A stretch of DNA of 63,820 nucleotides, counting the filler, from Octopus bimaculoides (taxonomy: Eukaryota), in assembly GCF_001194135.2 (NCBI RefSeq). It is 9 parts of 8 records of this genome, joined end to end, with 100 filler letters (N's around TTAATTAATTAA, not from the genome) between each part and the next. Parts side by side here need not be neighbours in the genome. Positions count along the whole stretch, not along the records: positions 28,958 to 40,848 come from NC_069008.1; 8 more parts are not named here. The stretch is one strand, 5' to 3'. A model generated the notes under the pieces. It did not search any database. It worked only from the letters and a program-made list of their open reading frames with translations, and had not been told where the DNA came from. Shown here in pieces: positions 29,134 to 39,145 of the stretch. Within the stretch, counting starts at the first letter, position 1, and each line of letters begins with the position of its first letter. The position numbers were made by a program, and so were the translations under genes.

Positions 29134-29335
29134 TATGAGGTAGTACTGAAAAGTTCCTGGCTTTGAGGGTATCACGAAAGGGCTTGGCTGGAAGCCCAAC
29201 CTTTCTGAGTTCTTTTAAAGGGCTTAGAAAAACTGAAGGACCCCTGCAACGAGTGTGTGAACCTGAGAGGGGAACATGTTGAATGAAATCATAATTCACT
29301 GATCCTCATCCTGTGTTTTCTTTTATCCAAAGCTT
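29134..29335 (+). mobile_element. Mariner-derived non-autonomous remnant (right TIR mostly lost)
   Basis: tatgaggtagtactgaaaagttcctggcttt resembles a mariner TIR; internal CNECVNLRGEHVE* resembles the mariner C-terminal W.KC...G.YVE*. Confidence 0.6.
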
Positions 29336-29570
29336 TTGCAGGGCTTAGACTAAGTGGTGGCTATGGTTTACTGGCCAGGACGGCTATGCTACAGTTGCTG
29401 ATGGATTGGACACTGGGAGGAAGAAAGAGACTAAGAGGGAAATGGGATGAAGTTACATTTGAGGACAGTATGATGGGAGTGGAAGTGGGTTCAAGTGGAG
29501 CTGAGGGGGGGAAGGCAAGCAATTGGGATGTTTGGAGAAGGCTCATTGCCCATTATGCTCTTAGCATTAA

Positions 29571-29791
29571 CCCTTTAGTGTTCAAATTACTCTGTTAAAT
29601 GTAATACTTTTCCATTCAAATTGTTTTGAATTAATTATGCATTATCTTATAGCTTTGAGGTTTCAATGATGTGATTGTTTATTTTTAGAATGTCAATGTA
29701 GGTTAGGTGTGAGAGGCTAGATATGGCCAGTTTGAATATAAACCATGTAGAATATATTGGGCTGGATATGGCCGGTTTAAACACTAATGGG
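29571..29791 (+). mobile_element. piggyBac-type MITE (221 bp), TTAA target-site duplication
   Basis: TTAA|CCCTTTAGTGTT...AACACTAATGGG|TTAA; TIR 11/12. CCC..GGG termini with TTAA TSD are piggyBac hallmarks. Confidence 0.85.
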
Positions 29792-30228
29792 TTAAAGGAT
29801 CCAAGAGAGAGAGAGACACATACACACTAGCANNNNNNNNNNNNNNNNNNNNNNNNNNNNNNNNNNNNNNNNNNNNNNNNNNNNNNNNNNNNNNNNNNNN
29901 NNNNNNNNNNNNNNNNNNNNNNNNNNNNNNNNNNNNNNNNNNNNNNNNNNNNNNNNNNNNNNNNNNNNNNNNNNNNNNNNNNNNNNNNNNNNNNNNNNNN
30001 NNNNNNNNNNNNNNNNNNNNNNNNNNNNNNNNNNNNNNNNNNNNNNNNNNNNNNNNNNNNNNNNNNNNNNNNNNNNNNNNNNNNNNNNNNNNNNNNNNNN
30101 NNNNNNNNNNNNNNNNNNNNNNNNNNNNNNNNNNNNNNNNNNNNNNNNNNNNNNNNNNNNNNNNNNNNNNNNNNNNNNNNNNNNNNNNNNNNNNNNNNNN
30201 NNNNNNNNNNNNNNNNNNNNNNNNNNNN

Positions 30229-30327
30229 ACTGCGTGGCACCTTGGGCAAGTGTCTTCTACTATAGCCTCGGGCCAACCAAAGCCTTGTGAGTGGATTTGG
30301 TAGACGGAAACTGAAAGAAGCCCGTCG

Positions 30328-30368
<41 letters not shown>

Positions 30369-30575
30369 TTGTTTGTCCGCCCACCATCGCTTGACAACCA
30401 ATGCTGGTACGTTTACGTCCCCGTAACTTAGCAGTTCGGCAAAAAGAGACCGATAGAATAGGTATTAGGCTTTACAAAGAATAAGTCCTGGGGTCGATTT
30501 GCTCGACTAAAAAGGTAGTGCTCCAGCATGGCCACAGTCAAATGACTGAAACAAGTAAAATGAGTAAAAGAGAGT
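30229..30575 (+). mobile_element. SINE family B with CORE-like box (5' end lost in gap)
   Basis: gcaccttgggcaagtgtcttctactatagcctcgg resembles the CORE-SINE box, then cgcttgacaaccaatgctggt...ggggtcgatttgctcgactaa...cagcatggccacagtcaaatgactgaaacaagtaaaa. Confidence 0.8.
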
Positions 30576-30794
30576 AGGGTTTGCAAAGAAATAAAGGGGT
30601 GGGGGGCAGAGTATGAATTATATTTAAACAAATCTTAAAACAGCAGGATGACATTGACCTTTTAGAAGGAAGCTTTCATATTATACGTGTAAGCGCTTTC
30701 CTTGTTAATCTTTTCAACACACACACACACACGTGCTTGTATTTATTATGTTTGTATTGTATTATTTGTCATTGTTGTTGTTGTTGTTTTGCAG

Positions 30795-30916
30795 TCGTTA
30801 AGGAAGCTGAATCATCCTAATATTGTGAAATTAAAAGAAGTAATTAGGGAGAATAACGAGTTATATTTTATATTTGAATACATGAAAGAGAATTTGTACC
30901 AGATGTTAAAAGATAG
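30795..30916 (+). CDS. MAK: MAK/ICK exon: [40 protein letters not shown](R)
   Basis: ttttgcag|tcgtta...gatag|gtgagt; 122 nt; subdomains IV-V. Confidence 0.97.
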
Positions 30917-31025
30917 GTGAGTCAGTCTGTATTTTCATATACACTGCTGTGACAGTCACACACACATATACACACATGCTAGGTTAATAATGATAATAAT
31001 AATAATGATAATAATAATAATAATA

Positions 31026-31380
31026 CCAGCAGATGACAACGTTTCTCTAAAAGAAATGGAAAAACTTTCAAAATAAAAGACCTGGAAATAGAGATAACTC
31101 GAATGTGGAATCTAAAAACAGAAACAATTCCTATCATAGTAGGTGCCTTAGGTATAATAAAAAAATATTCAGACAAATACATAACAAAAACACCAGGACT
31201 TACAAATATATATAACATACAGAAAATTGCACTACTGGGTACTGCACACATTCTACGCAAAACACTTTCAATACAGTAAACATAAGAGCACCACAGCAAA
31301 CCACAGCACATACCCAAGGCGCACAGAGCTGCGCTCGGTAGTGAAGTGAAAGCACGTTATAAAAATAAAACTACTGAACG
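31026..31380 (+). mobile_element. R4/Dong-clade LINE 3' end (RLE domain tail plus 3'UTR) inserted in (TAA)n
   Basis: KEMEKLSK.KDLEIEITRMWNLKTETIPIIVGALGII..IQKIALLGTAHILRKTLSIQ*; TAA repeats on both sides. Confidence 0.85.
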
Positions 31381-31398
31381 ATAATAATAATAATAATA

Positions 31399-31665
31399 AT
31401 ATACCAGGAAACCCCAAAATGGCTGAAGTTCAAAAGATAGTGCTCATGGGAACTTCCCATATCCTACGTAAAATACTGTCTATGTTATCTCAAATTTTAA
31501 AACAAACACATAATTTTCTTATGGTTTCTTAAACATTCATTAGAACAACACTATGTACAAATCGAAATATATGACACCATAGGCATAGCACCTACATGAA
31601 CTTCTAACTTGAGGTCTCTGGGTGAGACTTCGATCCAACTTGTACAAATGCAAAGCAAAAAAATA
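31399..31665 (+). mobile_element. Second R4/Dong subfamily 3' end, adjacent to the first
   Basis: IPGNPKMAEVQKIVLMGTSHILRKILSM with a different 3'UTR, ending in (aat)n. Confidence 0.8.
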
Positions 31666-31676
31666 ATAATAATAAT

Positions 31677-31890
31677 CTTTCTACTATAGGCACAAGGCCT
31701 GGAATTTTGGGGGAGGGTACTAGTCGATTACATCGACCCCAGTGCATAACTGGTACTTAATTCATCAACCTTGAAAGGATTAAAGGCAAAGTCAATCTTG
31801 GTGGAATTTGAACTCAGAACATAAAGACAGACATAATGCCGCTAAGCATTTTACCCGGCGTGCTAACGATTCTGCCAACTCATTGCCTTA
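31677..31890 (-). mobile_element. SINE family A copy (MAK intron, antisense)
   Basis: Near full-length reverse complement of family A, including the head (gattctgccaactcattgcc). Confidence 0.8.
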
Positions 31891-31974
31891 ATAATAATAA
31901 TAATAATAATGGTGGTTTCAAATTTTGTCACAAGGGCAGCAGTTTTGAGGGAGAGGATGAACTCTATGCATAGA

Positions 31975-32080
31975 GCTATAGTAGAAAACACTTGCCTAAG
32001 GTGACATGCAGTGGGACTGAACCTAGAACCATCTGGTCAAGAAGCAAATGTCCGACCACCTTGCCATGCCTGCACCTGTC
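31975..32080 (-). mobile_element. SINE family B 5' (tRNA/CORE) head, antisense
   Basis: gctatagtagaaaacacttgcctaaggtgacatgcagtgggactgaacc; 34/38 match to the reverse complement of 30229-30266. Confidence 0.7.
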
Positions 32081-32270
32081 TCCAATGTTTGTCTTCAGTG
32101 TATGGAGATGCTAACCCATCACTCGAGCTATCCCAGAAACAGCTGTAAGACGTCCAATAATTAATTAATTGATTAATTGATTTAACCTTGAATTCACCTT
32201 ACTCCAATTAAATATTCTAAATGACCTGAGGAACTCATCCTGCTTGGCTTTTGCTGTACTTTTTTCTCAA

Positions 32271-32330
<60 letters not shown>

Positions 32331-33205
32331 NNNNNNNNNNNNNNNNNNNNNNNNNNNNNNNNNNNNNNNNNNNNNNNNNNNNNNNNNNNNNNNNNNNNNN
32401 NNNNNNNNNNNNNNNNNNNNNNNNNNNNNNNNNNNNNNNNNNNNNNNNNNNNNNNNNNNNNNNNNNNNNNNNNNNNNNNNNNNNNNNNNNNNNNNNNNNN
32501 NNNNNNNNNNNNNNNNNNNNNNNNNNNNNNNNNNNNNNNNNNNNNNNNNNNNNNNNNNNNNNNNNNNNNNNNNNNNNNNNNNNNNNNNNNNNNNNNNNNN
32601 NNNNNNNNNNNNNNNNNNNNNNNNNNNNNNNNNNNNNNNNNNNNNNNNNNNNNNNNNNNNNNNNNNNNNNNNNNNNNNNNNNNNNNNNNNNNNNNNNNNN
32701 NNNNNNNNNNNNNNNNNNNNNNNNNNNNNNNNNNNNNNNNNNNNNNNNNNNNNNNNNNNNNNNNNNNNNNNNNNNNNNNNNNNNNNNNNNNNNNNNNNNN
32801 NNNNNNNNNNNNNNNNNNNNNNNNNNNNNNNNNNNNNNNNNNNNNNNNNNNNNNNNNNNNNNNNNNNNNNNNNNNNNNNNNNNNNNNNNNNNNNNNNNNN
32901 NNNNNNNNNNNNNNNNNNNNNNNNNNNNNNNNNNNNNNNNNNNNNNNNNNNNNNNNNNNNNNNNNNNNNNNNNNNNNNNNNNNNNNNNNNNNNNNNNNNN
33001 NNNNNNNNNNNNNNNNNNNNNNNNNNNNNNNNNNNNNNNNNNNNNNNNNNNNNNNNNNNNNNNNNNNNNNNNNNNNNNNNNNNNNNNNNNNNNNNNNNNN
33101 NNNNNNNNNNNNNNNNNNNNNNNNNNNNNNNNNNNNNNNNNNNNNNNNNNNNNNNNNNNNNGATGATGATGATGATGATGATGATGATATATATATATAT
33201 ATACA

Positions 33206-33433
33206 TTGTTGTTGGCACTCGGTCGCTTACGACGCCAAGGGTTCCAGTTGATCCGAGAGAAAATTGTGGTGAAAGAGTACAGCAGGGTTCGCCACCATCC
33301 CCTGCCGGAGCCTCGTTGAGCTTTTAGGTGTTTTTCGCTCAATAAACACTCACAACGCCCGGTCTGGGAATCGAAACCATGATCTTATGACCACGAGTCC
33401 GCTGCTCTAACCACTGGGCCATTGCGCCTCCAC
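33206..33433 (-). mobile_element. tRNA-headed SINE family D, internally deleted
   Basis: Minus strand reads gtggaggcgcaatggcccagtggttagagcagcggactcgtggtcataagatcatggtttcgattcccagaccggg (tRNA-like A/B boxes) and ends in gagtgccaacaacaa. Confidence 0.75.
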
Positions 33434-33580
33434 ATATATGTATATATATATATATATACCATCATCATCGTCATTTAACGTCCGTTGTCCATGGGTTTGA
33501 CGGTTTGACTGCGTTGGCCATGCTGGAAGGCTGCACCAGGTTGCAGTCTGGTTAGGCATCGTTTTCTAGGGCTGGGTGGC

Positions 33581-33745
33581 AGAGTTCTTAGCAGACGGAC
33601 CAAAATACTTAAAAGTATTCCTTGCATCTTTACATTCCGAGTTCAACTTCTGCCGAGGTCAACTTCGCCACTAGGCTCGATGTAAATGTCTAGTCCCCTC
33701 TCCTCAAAACTGCAAGCCTTGTACATATAGTTGAAAAAATTATAT
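33581..33745 (+). mobile_element. SINE family A, diverged copy (same MAK intron, sense)
   Basis: ttacattccgagttcaacttctgccgaggtcaacttcgcc...gccttgtacatatagttgaa. Confidence 0.6.
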
Positions 33746-33778
33746 ACACTCACACACACATATTCTTCTTTCTTACCC

Positions 33779-34035
33779 TTAACCCTCCAGCGTGGAGTAT
33801 AGGCCACTTATAATTGAATTCCATGTCGCATAATTTTTCGCTTCTGTACTTATACTCTGCCATGAATGTCCCCCTTTCTCTAGTTCCTTTTGTGTTGATC
33901 TACGCCACGAGTTCTTAAGCCTACCCCTCTTTCTATATCCGTCTGGATTCCACTGTAAAGCACTTTTCACTACATTTGATGTGTCCTTTCTAATTGTGCT
34001 ACCAATCCATTTCCACTTTTTCTTAAATATTTGCT
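33779..34035 (-). mobile_element. RTE-clade LINE 3' ORF end, antisense in a MAK intron
   Basis: KKKWKWIGSTIRK..VKSALQWNPDGYRKRGRLKNSWRR..W..A....W..IISGL* is a typical RTE C-terminus; it ends about 110 nt before the 34147 acceptor. Confidence 0.85.
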
Positions 34036-34146
34036 CCCTAATCGAAACTTGATTCGTTCTTACACACATATAATGTCTGTATATTTTTCATTCTCTCTTT
34101 CTTTTCTCTGTCTGTGTGTCTTCTGTTGTCGCCGCCAATACCATAG

Positions 34147-34226
34147 GGACCGTTACCTGGCGGAGTCTGTAGTTAGAAATATCATCTACCAAGTTCTGCA
34201 AGGCCTCACGTTCATGCATAAAAATG
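34147..34226 (+). CDS. MAK: MAK/ICK exon: (R)DRYLAESVVRNIIYQVLQGLTFMHKN(G)
   Basis: ccatag|ggac...aaaaatg|gtaagc; 80 nt; subdomain VIa; phases fit both neighbours. Confidence 0.96.
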
Positions 34227-34463
34227 GTAAGCGTTTGACTTTTCTTCTTCATTACTTTTTTCTCTCTCCCCACCCCGACCCCTTCCCTCATTCTCTCTCT
34301 CTCTCTTTCTCTTTCATCCTCTTTCTTTCATTCCCTCTGTTTCTCATTCCTTTTCTCTCATTTTCTTTCCTCCTCACTACCCCTCCAAGATACTCCAACC
34401 TCCTGATCTTCTTGACCCCCTAATATTCTCTCTGCCTCTCCCTAATCTTTCTCTGTCTTTCAG

Positions 34464-34596
34464 GATTCTTCCACCGAGACTTGAAACCTGAGAACCTATT
34501 GTGTACAGGGCCAGACCTGATTAAAATCGCCGACTTTGGACTAGCGAGGGAAACCCGTTCGCAGCCTCCTTACACAGACTATGTCTCGACGAGATG
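34464..34596 (+). CDS. MAK: MAK/ICK exon with catalytic loop, DFG and TDY activation motif: (G)[43 protein letters not shown](W)
   Basis: ctttcag|gattc...gagatg|gtaaga; 133 nt; translated by hand (absent from the ORF track). [11 protein letters not shown] is diagnostic of MAK/ICK. Confidence 0.98.
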
Positions 34597-34851
34597 GTAA
34601 GACGTTCCCAGAAACTTTCCAAAGAAAATTCTAGAATTTTTCAGCCAGATGCGTAGCTCGGAGATCAGGGCATCTCTCCAGATTGAATCCTTCTCCACTT
34701 TGAGGAGTCACAGTTCTGGTACTAGGGACATGTTATTAGAATGTCTTGGGAAAGAATTGCAGGACAGATTCTTGAAGCGCCGAGCCAACTGGTAAGAGAC
34801 GTATGAGTTGGCCAAGAATGAAATGGCTGGATAATAGCTAGCGTCTCAGTT

Positions 34852-35375
34852 GTGGAGGTGCATGGCTTAATGGTTAAGGTGTTGAATTCATGATCGTAAG
34901 ATTGGAGTTTCGATTCCTGGACTGGGTGATGCGTTGTGTTCTTGAGCAAAACACTTCATTTCACGTTGTTTTAGTCCACTCAGCTGGAAAACAATGAGTC
35001 ATACCTGCAATGGATGGGTATCCCATCCAGGTGGGGGATATATACAACATGAAACCGGGAAATTGGCCCTTATGAATCAGCAAGACATGAGAAGGAAAAA
35101 AGGTTTCTTTTTTTTTTTTTTTTTGTGGAGGCTTGTGGCTTAGTGGTTAGAGTGTTGGACTCATGGTCATAAGATTGTGGTTTCAATTTCTGGACTGGTC
35201 AACATGTTGTGTTCTTGAGCAAAACACTTCATTTCACGTTGCTCCAGTCCACTCAGCTGGCAGAAAGGAGTCATACCTGTGATGGACCGGTGTCGTGTCC
35301 AGGTGAGGTAATATATGTGCCATGAAACTGGGAAACCAGCCCTTATGAGCCTAGCATGGCTCAAGAAGGAGTCTT
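34852..35375 (+). mobile_element. Two tandem SINE family C copies in a MAK intron
   Basis: tgtggagg..atggctta.tggttag..tgtt.ga.tcatg.tc.taagattg...tttc.att.ctggactgg...ttgtgttcttgagcaaaacacttcatttcacgttg appears at about 34852 and 35125. Confidence 0.85.
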
Positions 35376-35744
35376 TACTCTTTAACTTTTGTAATCGCAG
35401 TTGGTCATACTTGGACATTGTAGGGACAGTTGTTTCAGATAGGACTCTATGGGGAAGATACCTGAGGACTCTCCTCCCATGATCCCCTCCTTGTAGCTTG
35501 AAGATTTCAATGATGTGATCGTTTACTTTTAGGATGACATTGTAGGGCAGGTGTGAAAGGCCAGATCTGGCTTCTTTGAACATAAAGCAAGTGGAATATT
35601 TGGGTTGGATAGGGTCAGTTTAAATGCTAAAACGTTTAAGGGCTGCAGTGGGGGGGAGATCAAGTGTTGGGGGAAGCATCATACTTAGCTGTTGTTGCCA
35701 CATAATTAATTCCCCACCCCCGCTCCGTTTCATTGATTTGTCAC

Positions 35745-35775
<31 letters not shown>

Positions 35776-35777
35776 AG

Positions 35778-35949
35778 GTATCGTGCCCCAGAAGTCCTCC
35801 TCCGTGCCACCAACTACAGCTCCCCCATTGACATGTGGGCAGTTGGCTGTATCATGGCTGAGGTCTACACTCTCCGTCCACTCTTCCCTGGTAGTTCAGA
35901 GATTGACCAAATATTCAAGATTAGTTCTATTCTTGGCACACCAGAAAGG
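35778..35949 (+). CDS. MAK: MAK/ICK exon: (W)[57 protein letters not shown]
   Basis: (ct)n-ag|gtatcgt...gaaagg|gtaagt; 172 nt; subdomains VIII-X. Confidence 0.98.
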
Positions 35950-35969
35950 GTAAGTCAGCTAGCTACTTC

Positions 35970-36238
35970 GTGCGCGCATGCGTGTGTGTGTGTGCACACG
36001 TCCATGCATGTGGATGTGTGTGTTTGTTTGCATGTTCGTGCATGTGTGTGTGCATGCGTATGTATGTGTGTGTGGGTGTGCATGTATGTATGCGCACATC
36101 CATGCATGTGGATGTGTGTGTTTGTTTGCATGTTCGTGCATGTGTGTGTGCATGCATATGTATGTGTGTGTGGGTGTTTGTATGTTCGTGTGTGTGGGTG
36201 TGCATGTGTGTATGCGCACGTCCATGCATGTGGATGTG
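35970..36238. repeat. ~100-bp degenerate GT-rich tandem repeat (~2.5 copies) filling a MAK intron
   Basis: tccatgcatgtggatgtg recurs at about 36001, 36099 and 36221. Confidence 0.8.
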
Positions 36239-36305
36239 ACCATCACTACTGTTATTGTGACTATGACCATCACTACTGTTATTGTTTTTGTTGTTGTCGT
36301 TACAG

Positions 36306-36473
36306 AAGTGCTGGGAAGAAGGCTACAGGCTGGCTGCCAGCATGAACTTTCGTTGGCCCCACTGCGTCCCCATCAACCTGAAAACAGCTGTGCCAAATGC
36401 CAACAATGAGGGGTTGGCTGTGATGAGGGATCTCATGAAGTGGAACCCTAAGGACCGACCCTCTGCTAGTCAG
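36306..36473 (+). CDS. MAK: MAK/ICK exon: [56 protein letters not shown]
   Basis: ttacag|aagtgc...agtcag|gtaagc; 168 nt; subdomains X-XI. Confidence 0.97.
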
Positions 36474-36520
36474 GTAAGCCAGGATTGAACCTCTCCTTGA
36501 TGTTTCGACATCAGCTTTAA

Positions 36521-36740
36521 CCCTTTAGCGTTCAGATTAATTTGTCAAAAGTAATCCTTATTTATTCACATTAAAAAAAATTTATCTGATATTATTTTGT
36601 AGCTTCAAGATAGGAAAGATGTAATTGCTTATTTTTAGAATGACATTGCAGGGTAGGTGTGAGATGCTGGCTCTGGCCAGTTTGAGCATAAAATGTGTAG
36701 AATATTTGGGCCAGATACAGCCGGTTTAAACACTAAAGGG
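36521..36740 (+). mobile_element. piggyBac-type MITE (220 bp), second copy
   Basis: TTAA|CCCTTTAGCGTT...AACACTAAAGGG|TTAA; internal sequence similar to 29571-29791. A 5'-truncated third copy lies at about 35490-35638. Confidence 0.85.
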
Positions 36741-36924
36741 TTAAGTCTGCTTACAAGAGAAAGGGCTCACAATCCAAGTTGTGTCGACCCCCTTCATAAA
36801 CTGCAACTTCATCTGAGTAACATTGTATTGGTTTTGGATTTCTCTCCGAGGAATTATGAACAGGAGATTCCATACATGTTTTCTACATGTACCTATACCT
36901 ATTATGAATTTATTATATTTGATA

Positions 36925-37375
36925 GTCGCCAGGCATCCATGCCAATGTTGTCTCCTTCATTGGACACGAAACTCGGCTTGTGAAGACCTGTTGGGGCAAG
37001 TGAAAGCGAAATCGTGATGGCACCTGTGCCCAGCGTCGCCTTCCTAGCACTTGTGTCGGTGGCACGTGTAAAGACATTCGAGTGAGATTGTTGCCCGTTG
37101 CCAGTGCCCCTGGAGTGGCTCTTGTGCGGGTGGCACATAAAAGACGCCATTTCGAGCGTGGCCGTTGCCAGTACCGCCTGACTGGCCTTCGTGCCGGTGG
37201 CACGTAAAAGCACCCACTACACTCTTGGAGTGGTTGGCGTTAGGAAGGGCATCCAGCTGTAGAAACTCTGCCAGATCAGATGGGAGCTTGGTGTAGCCAT
37301 CCGGTTTCACCAGTCCTCAGTCAAATCATCCAACCCATGCCAGCATGGAAAGCAGACGTTAAATGATGATGATGA
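36925..37375 (-). mobile_element. Non-autonomous repeat family E (RTE-tail-like), antisense, in the intron before the polyQ exon
   Basis: Reverse complement of 40478-40832; 37204-37272 is identical (69/69) to the reverse complement of 40575-40643. Confidence 0.85.
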
Positions 37376-37458
37376 TATATTATAGCCTTTCCTGCCTTAT
37401 GGGTCTTCTGGATACCAAAACCTCTCATATATATATATATATATCCATTTATCTGCAG

Positions 37459-37818
37459 ACATTAAAGTACAATTTCTTCCATGTTGGCGTCAAACTGAAT
37501 GGACCAAAGCCACAACAACCACCTCCACAACAACAGCAACAACAACAACAACAACAACAGTTATATCATCACCATCATCACCAACAACAGCAACAACACC
37601 AGCAGAAGCAACAGCAACATCATCATCAACAACAGCAGCCAGGTAGCCATCGAATGGACGGAGAGATTGGTGGTGTGAAGGGTGGTGAAGTGGGGAGTAT
37701 CCTCCGGGAGCAGTACAAGTACCACACACCTCACACTCACCCACAGTTGAAGCCCCTTGCCGAGAACCGCAACAATACCAACATCCTGCCGACCCTGACA
37801 TCGGGGAAGACGAGTCAG
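37459..37818 (+). CDS. MAK: MAK/ICK exon: end of kinase domain (TLKYNFFHVG) plus polyQ/H low-complexity region
   Basis: ctgcag|acatta...agtcag|gtaagg; 360 nt, open frame, phase 0/0. The start aligns with MAK ALKHPYFQVG. Confidence 0.88.
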
Positions 37819-37837
37819 GTAAGGGGAGAGGTTTCTT

Positions 37838-37986
37838 GTGTGTGTGTGTGTGTGTGTGTGTACATACGTATATTTGTATACGTGTGTATATGTATGCAAG
37901 TGTATGTAAACGTGTGTGTCTGTGTATATGCATGTGTGTGTGATATATATACACACACATATACACATCTCTCTATTTGTATGTGC

Positions 37987-38030
<44 letters not shown>

Positions 38031-38137
38031 ATACGTATATTTGTATACGTGTGTATATGTATGCAAGTGTATGTAAATGTGTGTGTGTGTGTGATATATA
38101 TACACACACATATACACATCTCTCTATTTGTATGTGC

Positions 38138-38177
<40 letters not shown>

Positions 38178-38178
38178 C
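37838..38178. repeat. ~170-bp tandem duplication (GT/AT-rich) in a MAK intron
   Basis: tacatacgtatatttgtatacgtgtgtatatgtatgcaagtgtatgtaaa and acatctctctatttgtatgtgc each occur twice. Confidence 0.85.
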
Positions 38179-38471
38179 TTAGCTGCTGTCTCGTATACAT
38201 GCAAATCCATTGCTAGAAAGAACCGTTGAGATGAGTCATTGCTGATGTAATGTGAGGCCCTTGTATGACTCTTGAGCTCAATGAAGGATTTGCACATTCT
38301 ATTCCATAAGGCACAGCAGTACTGCTGGAACAGGGGCCACTGTATGATCCCTTTTGACCTGCCTTTTCAATCCTCCAACTGTAGACAGACAGATGGTAGG
38401 TTTATGTATGCCTTGTGTGTCCATGTATTTTAAGGGATTTTTTTACCACTTTTTCTTGTGTCTTCCTTTAG

Positions 38472-38686
38472 GAACCAACCCCTCAGCTTCACCATCATTC
38501 TGCCAAAAAGATGAGCGCCCGGAAGCGCTGGGGCCTGGACATGTCCTGGGATGAGCCTGACAGTTTTGACTTCAGCGATGTCCAGAACACTAAACACTCG
38601 TTTCTGTCGGGCTTGAAGGACAAACACACCGAGAACAATGCCAGTTACATCTTTGACGATATTGGCTTTGATGAAGAATTTGCCAG
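38472..38686 (+). CDS. MAK: MAK/ICK tail exon: EPTPQLHHHSAKKMSARKRWGLDMSWDEPDSFDF...FDEEFA(S)
   Basis: cctttag|gaacca...gccag|gtattg; 215 nt. RKRWG followed by an acidic W/D/F stretch resembles the MAK/ICK RRRWG...WDD motif. Confidence 0.87.
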
Positions 38687-38811
38687 GTATTGAGTTCTAC
38701 TACTACTGACGCTGCGGTTGTTGTGTGTGTGTGTATGTATCTATATATATGTGTGTGTGTGTGTATACATATGTACACAAACATATGTTCACATTGTTCA
38801 TCCATTTGCAG

Positions 38812-38933
38812 CTTCTCCAAGAAGAAGGCTCCACCTGTGAAGGCGCCAATGACCAATAGACAGAACTCTGGTCAACACACCAGCCGGTCATCGGCCAAAC
38901 AGTTTTACCTTGGGAAAGCTCGTTACCTACCAG
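38812..38933 (+). CDS. MAK: MAK/ICK tail exon: (S)FSKKKAPPVKAPMTNRQNSGQHTSRSSAKQFYLGKARYLP(G/D)
   Basis: atttgcag|cttctcc...ctaccag|gtacgt; 122 nt. SAKQFYL..ARYLP matches the conserved SAKQHYL..SRYLPG motif. Confidence 0.92.
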
Positions 38934-39094
38934 GTACGTATAACAGTCAACCATGTGTATATGGGATGTATGTATGTGCACGTGTGTGTGGGGTATGGTT
39001 CTTGTGACAGGATGTGGATCATCCTTTAATGTCTGTTTCCTATGCTGGCATGGATCGGATGGTGTGGACATGTACATATGTATGTATGTATGTA

Positions 39095-39145
<51 letters not shown>

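Noticed and set aside
32136-32232. GAAAC-AGCT-GTA plus downstream CTGAGGA as a hammerhead
   Set aside because: The 3' half looks right (palindromic loop), but stems I and II do not pair with the available CTGAGGA; at most half a relic.
33340-33433. tRNA gene calls at SINE heads (also 19074, 24064, 34852, 35125)
   Set aside because: A/B boxes are present but there is no complete cloverleaf, and each continues into a SINE body.
37643-37648. Internal donor ccag|gtagcc after the polyQ tract
   Set aside because: Weak, and phase 1 is incompatible with the phase-0 next exon.
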